Of a DNA stretch of 64,000 nt, positions 24,184 to 36,393 are shown piece after piece. Position numbers and translations under genes: made by a program. The stretch comes from Squalus acanthias (Eukaryota), in contig CM059432.1 in the NCBI GenBank assembly GCA_030390025.1, positions 4,650,001 through 4,714,000 on the forward strand, written 5' to 3'. Below the pieces are notes generated by a model. The model was not told where the DNA came from. It ran no database searches and saw nothing but the letters and a program-made list of their open reading frames with translations. Each line of letters begins with the position of its first letter. Position 1 is the first letter of the stretch.

Positions 24184-25020
24184 CTCCTCTATCACCCCCA
24201 GCACCCCTTCCCCTTCACCCGGCACCTTCCCGTGCAAGCACAGGAGATGTAACACCTGCCCTTGTACCTCCCCACTTCACACTCTCCAGGGCCCCAAACA
24301 CCCCTTCCAGGTGAAACAGCGATTTACTTGTACTTCTTGCAATCTAGTATACTGTATTCGCTGCTCCCGATGTGGTCTCCTCTACATTGGGGAGACCAAA
24401 CGCAGATTGGGTGACCGCTTTGCGGAACACCTCCGTTCAGTCCATAAGGGTGACCCCGAGCTTCCGGTCGCCTGTCACTTTAATTCACCGCTCCACGCCC
24501 ACTCAGACCTCACCGTCCTCGGCCTCTTGCATTGTTCCACAGAAGCTCAGCGTAAGCTCGAGGAACAGCACCTCATCTTCCGATTAGGCACTCTACAGCC
24601 TTCCGGACTCAATATCGAGTTCAACAATTTCAGATCATAACCTCGACCCCTACCATATATATACATTTTATCCACACTTTTGGTTTGTGCCTTTTCCCTT
24701 TTTTCTCTCTCTCCCACATGGCAGCTGTCTTTCATTCTGCCAGCGCATTTCACACTCCTAGAGCCATCTTTTGTCTCTTAACCTGTCCTATTACCATCTC
24801 GTCTCGCCTTGAACATCTCTTAATGTCTCTTCTTCTCACAGACCTCCCCTTTTGTTTTTTCATTCCCTCCCCCAGCCTCCAAACTTGCTTTTTCATCTGT
24901 TTAATTTCCTGCTTTTTTCTCAGTTCTGACGAAAGGTCTTCGACCTGAAACGTTAACTCTGTTTCTCTCTCCATGGATGTTGCCTGGCCTGCTGAGTTTT
25001 TCCAGCGCTTTCTGTTGTTA
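24184..25020 (+). mobile_element. Penelope-like element 3' fragment (GIY-YIG endonuclease plus terminal repeat) inserted in an L2 fragment
   Basis: CNTCP..NLVYCIRCSRCGLLYIGETKRRLGDRFAEH..PVACHFN..LEEQHLIFRLGTLQPSGLN with stop at 24640; L2 resumes at 25021. Confidence 0.9.
24922..24958 (+). ncRNA. Minimal type I hammerhead ribozyme (Penelope family 1)
   Basis: AGTT-CTGACGA-A-AGGTC ttc GACCT-GAAA-CGTT-AACT: catalytic core, stem I, stem II and a palindromic stem III. Confidence 0.8.
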
Positions 25021-25996
25021 TTTTAAAATTCTCATCCTTGTTTTCAAATCCCTCCATGGCCTCGCCCCTCCCTATCCCTGTGACCACCTCCAGCCCTATA
25101 ACCCTCCGAGATCTCTGCCCGCCTCCAATTCTGGCCTCTTGAGCATCCCCGATTTTCAGCACTCCACCATTGGTGGCCGTGCCTTCAGCTGCCTGGGGCC
25201 CTAAGCTCTGGAATTCACTCCCTAAACCTCTCCACCTCGCTACCTCTCTACCCTCCTTTAAGATGCTGCTCAAAACCTCCCCCTCTGCCCAAGCGTTTGT
25301 CACCCTGACCCAATATCTCCTTGTGTGGCTCGGTGTCAAATTTTGATCGGCAATCGCTCCGGTGCAGCGGCTTGGCACGTTTTACTACGTTAAAGGCGCT
25401 GTATAAATGCAAGTTGTTGTTGTTGTTGGATATGCAAGTCAAATGGACAATATTCAAAGTCTGAGTAAATTATGTACAAATATAGATTGAAAACAGTGCA
25501 GCTCTTCAGTTTCAAACAGAGAGCTTTTGGATCAGTCAAAAGATTTCAACCAATAGGTAGACAGTTTGAGAAATGCAGGTAGGCAAAATGCACTTAATAA
25601 CCTTTGGGAGGTTCAAGAACTGCAGTATAATGAAACCGGCTTATTATCCATAATTATAAATGGGGTGGAGATAGTTTAACCGTAGTCAGCAATTTTACAA
25701 ATGATCAAAGAGGTGGATAATTGCCCACCTGATCATTGAACTTTGTCGGCCAACTCCTTATGGTTAACACGCCAAATCCTGACTCGCGACAGCAGACAAC
25801 AGGGAGAAAAGTGGCAAATGCTGGACACACGCAGCAGATTCATCAGCTTCTGAAAAATGGAGTGAAAGGTTAACTTTTCGAGGGGATAGCCTTTGTCAGA
25901 ACTGAAAAATTAAGGAACGGCGAGTTGCTTTACAGGACTGACCAAAACCAATCGAGGAAAGGGAGAAGGACAGGTAAAGGTTGTGAGCCAACCAGG

Positions 25997-26330
25997 TTAA
26001 AAAAAAAGGGCTTGCATTTCTATAGCGCCTTTCACTACCTCGGGCCGTCTCACAGCACTTTGCAGCCAATGAAGTACCTTTTTGAAGCATAGTCGCTGTT
26101 GTAATGTGGGAAACGCGGCAGTCAAATTGCGCACAGCAAGCTCCCACAAACGGCAATGTGATAATGGCCAGATAATCTGTTTTTTTGGGATGTTGATTTG
26201 AGGGATAAATATTGGCCCCAGGACACCGGGGAGAACTCCCCTGCTCTTCTTCGAAATAGTGACCGTGGGATCTTTTACGTCCACCTGAGAGAGAGCAGAC
26301 GGGGCCTCGGTTTAACGTCTCATCCGAATG
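25997..26330 (-). mobile_element. DeuSINE-like SINE, 3' part
   Basis: GTGGGATCTTTTACGTCCACCTGAG core and an L2-like 3' end, shared with 47767-48222 and 60289-60750. Confidence 0.7.
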
Positions 26331-27119
26331 GCTAAGTGTAGTTTTTTTAAAGCCATTCTCAGTGATTTTTAAATCAGGTTAATCACAGGTGGTGGACGGG
26401 ACACTCTTATTAAAAAGGCTTATTTTTTGGTGAGAAACCCATTTTCTGTATAATTAAAGCTGTACCAGGCCACCGCTCTTAAACACATGGAGCAATTCTT
26501 TCTGATGCAAAGAGACAAAAGAGAACCGATCACGTTCTATTCCGCTGCCCGATCGCGCTGGTTCGCGGAACATTTTACGTTGGTGATTATGCGAGTGAGT
26601 TTGGCCGGAAAAATCAACCCAAACTTCACTTCGGAAAAAAACCGGCGCAATTTGCACCCAGATCGCCGACTGTGCCCAAAGTGGAAACTCGACCCCAAGA
26701 TCTGTTCAAAACACACGTTCCACCTTAAGTGAGGCGATTTTTTGAGGGCGCACAAGGAGCTCACACAGGGGAAAGTTGTTTTCCCACGAGAACGGAACAC
26801 TATTAACTATTTAAGATAAATGAGCAGTTTCCTGTGACGGCATGTTTCTGCACGTTTGCCGATCTCACACGATTACATAAAAGAAAGATTTAAAATATCA
26901 TGCTGCATGGGCTGTGTTAAAAGCGAGCAAATTCCGTCTTGAGCTTAGCTTTCATTTGAAAAAGACACTTTACTATAAGCTGCAAAGCAAAACGAACTAT
27001 AAGGACATACTTTTTAAGCTAACGTGGTTTGTACTATGATTAAGCATAACATTTGAGAGTTAACAGTCAAGTTGCGATTTTGATTTGCCTCTGAAATAAA
27101 GTTATAATTTTCCAGTTTA

Positions 27120-27615
27120 TCATAGAATCATAGAGATTTACAGCACAGAAGGAGACCATTCGGCCCATCGTGTCTGTGCCGGCCGACAAAGAGCTCTCCA
27201 GCCTTATCCCACTTCCCAGCTCTTGGTCCGTAACCTTGTAGGTTACGGCACTTCAAGTGCATATCCAAGTACTTTTTAAATGTGATGAGGGTTTCTGCCT
27301 CTACCACCCTTTCAGGCAGTGAGTTCCAGACCCCCACCATCCTCTGGGTGAAAAAAGTTCTCCTCAACTCCCCTCCAATCCTTCTACCAATTACTTTAAA
27401 TCTCTGCCCCCTGGTTATTGACCTCCCTGCTAAGGGAAATAGGTCCTTCCTACCCACTCTATCTAGGCCCCTCATAATTTTATACACCTCAATCAAATCT
27501 CCCCTCAGCCTCCTCTCTTCCAAAGAAAACAACCCCAGCCTATCCAATCTTTCCTCATAGCTAAAATTCCCCAGTCCTGGCAACATTCTCGTAAATCTCC
27601 TCTGTACCCCCTCTG
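27120..27615 (-). mobile_element. CR1 3' fragment
   Basis: RRLRGDLIEVYKIM, FFTQRMVGVWNSLP. Confidence 0.9.
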
Positions 27616-27950
27616 GGAGGGTACTTTTAAAAAATTCATTCATGCGATCTGAGCGTTGCTGGCAAGGCCAGCATTTATTGCCCTCAAGAAGGTGGTGGTG
27701 AGTCACCTTCTTGAATACTGCTGGGTGGCTTGTGAGGCCATTTAAGAGCCAACCACATATGGGTCTGGAGTCACATATAGCCAGACCGGGTAAGGTTGGT
27801 AGGTTCCATTCCCTAAAGGACATCAGTGAACCAGATGGGTTTTTAACAACGATCTCATCTATTTAATGAACTGAATTTAAATTCCCCAGCTGCTGTGGTG
27901 GGATTTGAACTCGTGTCTCCAGATCATTAGTCCGGGCCTCTGGATTACTA

Positions 27951-28200
27951 CATACAAAAGCAAAATACTGCGGATGCTGGAAATCTGAAATAAAAACAGA
28001 AAAGGCTGGAAATACTCAGCGGGTCAGGCAGCGTCTGTGGAGAGAGAAACAGAGTCAACGTTTCAGGTTGGGATGACCCTTCATCACAGAACTCTGTTCT
28101 GACGAAGGGTCGACGACCTGAAACTTTAACTCTGTTTCTCTCTCTCTCTCCACAGACGCTGCCTGACCCGCTGATATTTCCAGCATTTTTCTGTTTTTAA
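27951..28200. mobile_element. Fold-back Penelope-terminus insert with hammerhead motifs
   Basis: Inverted pair of the 24920-25020 terminus; 14-bp TSD CCTCTGGATTACTA. Confidence 0.85.
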
Positions 28201-28477
28201 CCTCTGGATTACTAGTCCAGTAACATAACACACTATGCCACCGTTCCCCACATGATGAAACAGGTTGCTTGATTTAATTCTAAACAACTGAAAGACAAAT
28301 GCATTTTTTTTTTTTGCAGATACTCTGCCAATAAACGTGTGGGCATCGGTGAAGTGAAAGGCGGCAGCGAACGGCCCCCCGTGTGACGCGGCCTGCTACG
28401 ATTGAGCGATTCGACAAAAAAAGGAAACCGTGCCGAGAAAATGAAATCCGTGATTGAGTCAACAAAAGATGTGGCTT

Positions 28478-28705
28478 AATAACAGAAAACGCTGGAAGAA
28501 CTCAGCAGGCCAGGCAGCATCCGTGGAGAGAGAAACAGAGTTAACGTTTCAGGTCGAAGACCTTTCGTCAGACCTTTCGAAAGGTCTTCGACCTGAAACG
28601 TTAACTCTGTTTCTCTCTCCACGGATGCTGCCTGGCCTGCTGAGTTTTTCCAGCGTTTTCTGTTGTTATTTCTGATCTCCAGCATCCGCAGTATTTTGCT
28701 ATTGT
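28478..28705. mobile_element. Fold-back Penelope-terminus insert; hammerhead core on the minus strand at about 28539-28572
   Basis: Near-perfect palindrome; 13-bp TSD AAAGATGTG(G/A)CTT. Confidence 0.85.
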
Positions 28706-29030
28706 AAAGATGTGACTTGTTGCGTGCTGTACAGAAGGTGCGTGGAGTCGGGAATCCCCTGCCCACAAGCAACGTAAGTGGGGTGGGGCGGTTTAAGATT
28801 TAAGAATGAGTTCACATTTTGGCAAGCATTCATTCCCTATTGCTAACACAATTGTGACTACCAATTTAAAGAGCCAATCTCGACCTTTCTCTCCTTTAAG
28901 TTGCTCCTTAAAACCTACCTTTTTGCCCACCTGTCTGAATGTCTCTTAATGTGGTTTGGGGTCAGTTTTTGTCTGATAACGTTACTATGTTCAAGGCGCT
29001 ATATAAATGCAAGTTTATATAGTAATCTAG

Positions 29031-30138
29031 TGTGAAGGAATAAGCCATATAACCTATTCAGAAAAATACACTATCTTTTGAAAGAATTCTGGCCTTATTA
29101 AAACATGACAAACTGGGTTTGGAAATCTAGAAACCTAACTATGAAAAAGCTGTGAAAGCATTCTGGCTATTGAGATAAGATAGTTGTTGACACTGAATCA
29201 ATAACCTTATTGAAACAGAAGGTTAAAGGCTGAACCTTTCGGAATGAAACACTGGTTCACCCTGGATAAGGTGTTCTAATTTACACTTCATAAAGAAGCA
29301 CATAAAAGTAAGAAACATCTGCCTTCGTAAAAATGACATCAAGTAAAAAACACACCTGCCGTAACACCGTTTTTTATGGTAAACTTAGAACACCTAGAGA
29401 GGAGACATAATTCTGTAATGCTACCAGCTGAGGTGACTGTAAGAATTGCAGAGGTCAGCAGAAAAATGACTGGAGATTATTAGTTACATCAGCAGAAAAC
29501 TTTAAAGGAAATACCACTGGAAAAGGGTATAAATATTGAACTCTCAAATGGGATAGTAGACTCGCTTTAAAGGGGCAAAGCAATTCTCGGCTTCAGAGGC
29601 GGCTCTGTAAGTCTCCAACTCTTTGTACCTCGGGGATCAAAGGTATTTGATTTTGGTGGATATCCTGAATAGAACTTTAAGAACTGTAAAACTGTAGAGA
29701 AGTTAAGATCTGAGAGTAAGGTTCTCTGATAATAAGATTGTAAGCTTTCTCTTTTTGGAACTGTTAATGTTGCGATTGACTCACCAACTGTAAATTACAT
29801 GTCGGTTCTTTAATAAATCTATATATTTTTAGAATTGTCTCACATAAGACTTCTGTATCAAACTCGCAAACTCAATCTCTGTACACTCTTTGGTGAGGAG
29901 TTGCAGAATTCTGGGGGAGTTTTCCGGACCCTCATAATATCTGGAACGTTACAGTCTGGAGGATGGTGACATCTTCAGGTTGTTCCTTTCCTTTAGGGAG
30001 AGATAGTCCAGACCTTTAGACCCAATTAAGCGTCTTTAGGATTTGGCTACCTCAAACTTTAGTTGAAAGTGAACGTCTGAGGAATACGCCTGATCCGTGG
30101 TAGCCCTAAAGGGACTAGGACTAGTAATTATCCCTTCA
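29031..30138 (+). repeat. Solo LTR, family S1
   Basis: TGTGAAGG..CCTTCA ends, perfect 4-bp TSD CTAG. Confidence 0.85.
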
Positions 30139-30306
30139 CTAGAAACTGAAGATATATTAAAGAATAAAGTTTATCTAGACACTGAAAACATAATAAAGAG
30201 TAGTCAGCACGCATTTCAAAAGGGAAGGTTATGCTTGACCAACCTTATTGAATTCCTTGGAAGAAGTAACAGAGAGAGTAGCCAAGGGACATGTAGTAGA
30301 CGTAAT

Positions 30307-32448
30307 GTCCCCGGAATTTGCGGTCGAGGTGACAGCAAACTGGCAGCGTTCGCCGCCAATACACCTTTGAAACTGACCGCAGGCGCGTGCGGAAATCCTG
30401 AAGTTGCAGTCTGTCACTGACAGGTCCGAAACTGGCTGTGCTGTGGCCCCCGCAGCCCCCTCCCCCCCAACAGAGCCGGCAATCAGTGAAATCAGCCAAA
30501 TCAGGGAATCTGATGAAAACTTCGGCTCTTCCGCAGTAATACCTGGAATACTGCATACAGTTTTGGTGTCCATACTTAAGAAAAGACATACTTGCTCTTG
30601 AGGCAGTACAAAGAAGGTTCACTCGGTTAATCCCGGGGATGAGGGGGTGGACATATGAGGAGAGGTTGAGTAGATTGGGATTCTACTCATTGGAGTTCAG
30701 AAGAATGAGAGACGATCTTATTGAAACATATAAGATTGTGAAGGGGCTTGATCGGGTGGATGCGGGGAGGATGTTTCCACTGATGGGTGAAACTAGAAAT
30801 AGGGGGCATAATCTTAGAATAAGGGGCTGCTCTTTCAAAACTGAGATGAGGAGAAACTTCTTCACTCAGAGGGTAGTAGGTCTGTGGAATTTGCTGCCCC
30901 AGGAAGCTGTGGAAGCTACATCATTAAATAAATTTTAAACAAAAATAGATAGTTTCCTAGAGGTAAAGGGAATTAGGGGTTACGGTGAGCGGGCAGGAAA
31001 TTGGACATGAGGCTGAGTTCGGATCGGTCAGGGCCCTGTGGGTGGCGGAGCGGGCCCAGGGGCTGAGTGGCCGGGTCCTGCTCCTACTTCTTGTGTTCTT
31101 TAGATTTGAGGTTAGGATCAGATCAACCATGATCTTATTGAATGGCGGAGCAGGCTCGAGGGGCCGATTGGCCTACTCCTGCTCCTATTTCTTATGTTCT
31201 TATGTTCTTATGTTAATACCGCTGTTAAATTCCCCACTAAAAGTTAGATCCAAAAGGATTAGGTGTAACTGGGGTTTTAACAGCGCATTGACTGCTAAAC
31301 AAAGGTTAAGGGCCTGGAAAACTCATTTTAATTTTGTGCAGTGTGAAATTTGTCCATTTTAATAAAAAATTTAATTTTTAAGAAACTTTTCAAAAAAAAA
31401 TGTTTATCATTTTTTTTTAAAGTTTGTTCATCTTTATTTCAGGTTTGCCTTTTTCCCATGTGAAAGCCCCAATCTTTCTTTTGCTCTCTCTAACATTTTA
31501 AAAAAGTTAGGGCTAAACATTGAGGGGTACTAACTTCGCCAGGGCGCTACTTTTAGCGCCCCGGAAAAATTAGCGCCCCCCGCGCCAGAAATTGAGTGGT
31601 TGCACCCCAAGAGGGAAGCGGGACGCGACTGGAAGCACCCCACATCCCTCTTGGGGCGCTGCGAGTCAATATCGCGGTGCCGCAGCGCCACAGTATTGCA
31701 GGCCTTCCTCCCCTTCTTAAAGAGGAGGGGCCTTGCGCAGCACGACCCGGGGCCCAGCTGCGCCCCCGGGGATCAGGAGTGCCGGCAAAAGATCCCGGCA
31801 CTCAAGAGACGTGCCGGGCTCTTGGAGCACAGCAGGCACGCCGCGGGGCAGGGGGGGGTGGGCGATTCAGGAGGCCGGGGATGGGAGCGCAGGCAGGTGC
31901 TGGCAGGCGGCCAGCAACAAAAATGGCCGCCCCCCACCTCGCCTTTAAATAGGCCCCTTGACCCCGTCGGACATGGCGTCCGGCGGTAAGTCAGGGGGCG
32001 CTCCCGAAGATTGCGGCCGGGGCGTTGCACACGGCGATGACGTCATCATCGTCGGCGCTGCACCGCGGGGCGCTACCAGTTGGCGCCGCCGCTAACCTCC
32101 CGCTGAATTTTGCGGGAGGCGTGGGCGGCGCCACGCCCCGGCGCTGGTTGCTTTGCGCCCCGTTAGCGCCCTCTTAGGAGCAAAGCAACCCAATTTTTTC
32201 CACTTAGAATTTTAAGAGCTTCCTTGTTCACTGGCTGTGAGAATTCTGCCTTTTGATTGGCTACTGAGACAGCCTGTTGACGTCACAGAAGCTCGCACAT
32301 GGGGAACCCCATTAACTTCCTTTGATTTGAACTGAAGGTCGAAAAACCCGAAGTTCTCGACACAGGGACCGCGAGGTCCTTGTGCGAACTGTATTTCCGG
32401 GCCAACAGCAAACGCCTTCGCTTCGACGCTGACCGCAAATTCTGGGCC
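30307..32448. mobile_element. MITE (Harbinger-like) inserted in a CR1 fragment, containing a nested CR1 and a GC-rich element (about 31523-32203)
   Basis: TIR ..GAATTTGCGGTC/GACCGCAAATTC.., TSD AAT; related copy without the insertions, inverted, at 40775-41510. Confidence 0.75.
30541..31213 (+). mobile_element. CR1 3' fragment with a duplicated 3' UTR
   Basis: RRNFFTQRVVGLWN, tail (TTCTTATG)n, apparent TSD TAATACC. Confidence 0.85.
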
Positions 32449-32548
32449 AATATATTTGGATTTTCAAAAGGCCTTCAATAAGGTCTACTGCGATAGTAGA
32501 TGCACGATGAGGGTCAGAAAATGTGGCGTCAGGGGACAAGTAGCAGAA

Positions 32549-33285
32549 AGGAAGATGGTTGTGGTGGTTGGAGGCCAATCATCTGAGCCCCAGGACATCG
32601 CTGCAGGAGTTCCTCAGGGCAGTGTCCTAGGCCCAACCATCTTCAGCTGCTTCATCAATGACCTTCCCTCCATCATAAGCTCAAAAGTGGGGATGATCGC
32701 TGATGATTGCACAGTGTTCAGTTCTATTCCCAACTCCTCAGATAATGAAGCAGTCCGTGCCCACATGGAGCAAGATCTGGACAACATTCAGGCTTGGGCT
32801 GATAAGTGGCAAGTAACATTCGCGCCACACAAGTGCCAGGGAATGACTATCTCCAACAAGAGAAAGTCTGACCTCCTCCCCTTGACATTCAACAGCATTA
32901 TCATCGCCGAATCCCCCACCATCAACATCCTGGGGGTCACCATTGACCAGAAATTTAACTGGACCAGCCACGTAAATACTGTGGCAACAAGAGCAGGTCA
33001 GAGACTGGGTATTCTGCGGTGAGTGTCTCACCTCCTGACTCTCCAAAGCCTTTCCACCATCCACAAGGCACAAGTCAGGAGTGTGATGGAATACTTTCCA
33101 CTTGCCTGGACAAGTGCAGCTCCAACAACACTCAAGAAGCTCAACACCATCCAGGACAAAGCAGCCCGCTTGATTGGCACCCCATCCACCACCTTAAACA
33201 TTCACTCCCTCCACCACCGGCGTACCGTGGCTGCAGTGTGTACCATCTACAAGATGCACTGCAGCAACTCGCCAAGGCTTCTTTG
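32549..33285 (+). mobile_element. CR1-clade LINE RT fragment, second subfamily
   Basis: GVPQGSVLGP, ADD, KLNTIQDKAARLIG; related pieces at 41880-42375 (-) and 61328-61875 (+). Confidence 0.85.
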
Positions 33286-34880
33286 GAAGCTGTTTGTGGG
33301 AACTTGCTGTGCGCAAATTGGCATTGCCTACATTACAACAGTGACTACACTTCAAAAAATTACTTGGCTGTAAAGCGCTTTGGGACGTCCTGAGGTCGTG
33401 AAAGGCGCTGTATAAATGCAAGTCTTTCTTTCTTTCATTTGCTAGTTTCATTGCTGTACAGTAGTCAGTTTCTTAGCAACCTAAATATTTTGAATATGCG
33501 TCCCGACTAGTGTCTTCATTCACTGTGAAACGTCTTGGGATGTCCTGGGGCACTCTATAAATGCAACTCATTTCTTTTGATTATCATCCTGCAAGCATTG
33601 CATTGCCAATGAGGAAATCTTAAGTGAATACCATGGAAAAGGTTGTGGGCGTATTACTGCACTGACGACAGATCTCCAAGACTGAGTGGAGTTGTCAAGC
33701 ATGTTCTACACCTGGCGTCATTGACAGATTGCCTTTGCAGACAAGGAATTTTGCTGAGCCAGCTCCCTTTGGAGACGAGAGCACCTTTGCTCTCGTTTAA
33801 CACTGCAACAAATTTCAGTCGTCCTGGAGCCAATCCACGTGCCGATTATTAGCCAAACTCTGAATCGCATAATTTGGCCACATAGGTAAATAAAAATTAA
33901 AAAATCGAGAAAACAATGTGACTGCACCAGCCATGAAATCATCTACCGTGGGTTTATGGTATCAAAAAAAATAGTCCAGTTACTTGGTGCTATGGTCTTG
34001 TCCTCACCGCCTGGGCGGTGACTTTACCAGAACAGATCGCCCGCCCTTTACAGAACCTGCCCAAGTTTTATTCCAAATTTTATTCCATGGACCTTTTCTC
34101 GTATCAGTAAAAGTGACCAATGAGGCAGTTGGATTGTAGTAAAAACCCAACTAGTTCATTAATGTCCTTTAGTGAAGGAAACTGCCTTCCTCACCCGGTC
34201 TGGGCCGACATGTGACTCCAGCCTCACTTCAACGCGGTTGACTCTTAACTGCCCTCTGAAGAGGCCTAGTTAGCAACTAACTAGTACCTTCTCTGGGAAA
34301 CTAGGGACAACAACAACAACAACAACAACTTGTATTCAGATAGAGTCATAGGGCTGGATTTTCATCGGGCCGTTGAGGTGGGATTGGAGGCATGTGGGGG
34401 GTTAAAATTGCAGAAACTGGCGGGCGGACCCGATCCCGCCTCCAACCCGCCTCCACGCAATTTTGAAGAAATCGTGTCGACTGGTCCCGTCTCCGTCCCG
34501 CCTCCAAGAGGCGGGAGAGGCCATTAATGCCCTTAACAAGCCCTAAATTGGCTCTGTAATGCCATTTTGATAGTTTTTTGCTAGTTCAACCCTTTTCCCA
34601 CGTGAAGCACGCCTGATCTGAAACACGCCAGTGAAACCTGGCGGGAGCACAAGTGGACTGCTGACTCTCAGCTGCAGCTCAACCATTAAATAGGAGATTT
34701 GATCAGCCATCATTTGCAGGTGGCAGGACTTTGTTGTCACAGGTCTGGGGGAACTTTTAGAAGGCATAACCACAGCTCTGGAAGTTTGGAGCCTGACACC
34801 CATCTCCAGTGTGACCTCCTGGGAAACCCCTCTCGCCACCCTCATTGAGCGCTTCCTCAACTGAGGCATATACCAGAGGC

Positions 34881-36221
34881 ATGGGAGCCATTTATTTCCT
34901 TCCCTCCTGGGCATCAGATGAGGACGAAGACCAGCCGTGGCACCAGCAGAACCATAAACAACAGCAGCACCAACAGCAGCAGCAACAGCAGGAGCGCCAA
35001 GCTGCTGCTCACCCGCCTGAAGCTGCACAGGCCAGAAGGGGCCAGCACATGGAAGGCCGTCGGCACAGGAGATACCCCCCAAACAGGGTCTACAGACACA
35101 GGGTCAGCTACCTCAACATGTCTGAGCAGCAGTGCCAAAGGCGACTCTGACTTTCACAAGAGGTAGTGGGTGACATCTGCGCAATGCTGCAACAAAACCT
35201 GGAGCCCAGAGGACCAGGTGGACACCCCTTACCAATGGCCGTCAAAGTCACCACCGCACTCAACTTTTTTGCTTCAGGCTCATTCCAGGGATCAGCAGCA
35301 GACATCAGCGGCATCTCCCAGGCGGCCGCACACACCTGCATCACGCAGGTAACCGATGCCCTCTTTGCCATCGCGCACAATCACATCCATTTCACCAAGG
35401 ATCGAGCAAGTGTCACGGCACGTGCAGTTGGATTAGCTAATCTGGCAGGCTTTCCAAGGGTGCAGGGCGTCGTTGACTGCACACATGTGGCCCTTAAGGC
35501 ACCCCATCGCAATCCAGGTATTTTTGTCAACCGCAAGGGCTTCCACTCCCTCAACATTCAGCTGGTGTGTGACCACAAGAAGGAAGTTCTGCATGTTTGT
35601 GCCAAGTACCCTGGCATTTGCCATGACACCTTCATACTGCGTCAGTCTTGTGTGCCTCCGCTATTCAGTCCGCCAGAACAACTTAACGGATGGCTACTTG
35701 GAGACAAGGGCTATCCCCTGAAGACGTGGCTAATGACGTCGTTGAGGAGCCCATCCAACGCAGCTGAGGAGAGCTACAACTCCAGCCACATTTCCACCAG
35801 AGCCATAATCGAGCAAACGATCGGTATGCTGAAGATGCGCTTCAGATGCCTGGATAGATCAGGTGGAGCCCTGCAATACTCAGCAGCCAGGGTCTCCAGA
35901 ATCGTCGTGGTTTGCTGTGCACTTCACAACATGGCACAGTGTCGTGGCTTGCAGATGCCGGAGGACCAAGTGGCTCCTCACATAGCCTCCTCAGATGAGG
36001 AGGAGAAGGCGGAGGAGGAGGAGGAGGAGAGAGAGAACGAACAACTTGCAGAGACCCATCAACCAGCGGCAGCATTACGCGAGACCATAGCTGCCCGGAA
36101 TGCAAGGACGCACTCATCTTGGCCTGATTTGCTTAGCCTAGACAATCAAGCACTTTTGCCTCGCAGTTTCTTACCAGAGCTACGACAATGGCCCAGACCC
36201 AGCGGATCCCTAACAATTTGA
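34881..36221 (+). pseudogene. Harbinger transposase (HARBI1-like DDE nuclease) with an in-frame stop at 35148-35150
   Basis: [64 protein letters not shown]; ORFs 34845 and 35166 share a frame. Confidence 0.92.
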
Positions 36222-36393
36222 CCACCATACTGACAATTGCAAGTTATCCTAAGGCCTCATTGTGGAAGTCCCATTAGCGAAATGACAGACGCCACAACTG
36301 CAGCTGTAGCCATCAGAGTTTTTATTTACACTTAACATCTGATGGCTTTTTTACAATAAACATCAAATTTCACCCAAGTGACTACCCTTGTGA

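Noticed and set aside
22076..30138. A single LTR retroelement bounded by the two S1 LTRs
   Set aside because: Each LTR has its own TSD, the host L2 continues directly after the first, and there is no PBS, PPT or gag/pol between them.
31523..32203. CpG-island promoter or GC-rich coding exon
   Set aside because: It lies nested inside a MITE, the ORFs are low-complexity in several frames, and a related start occurs near 41746.
33727..33890. Host exon between AG and GTAAAT
   Set aside because: All three forward frames contain stops and no protein similarity is recognisable.
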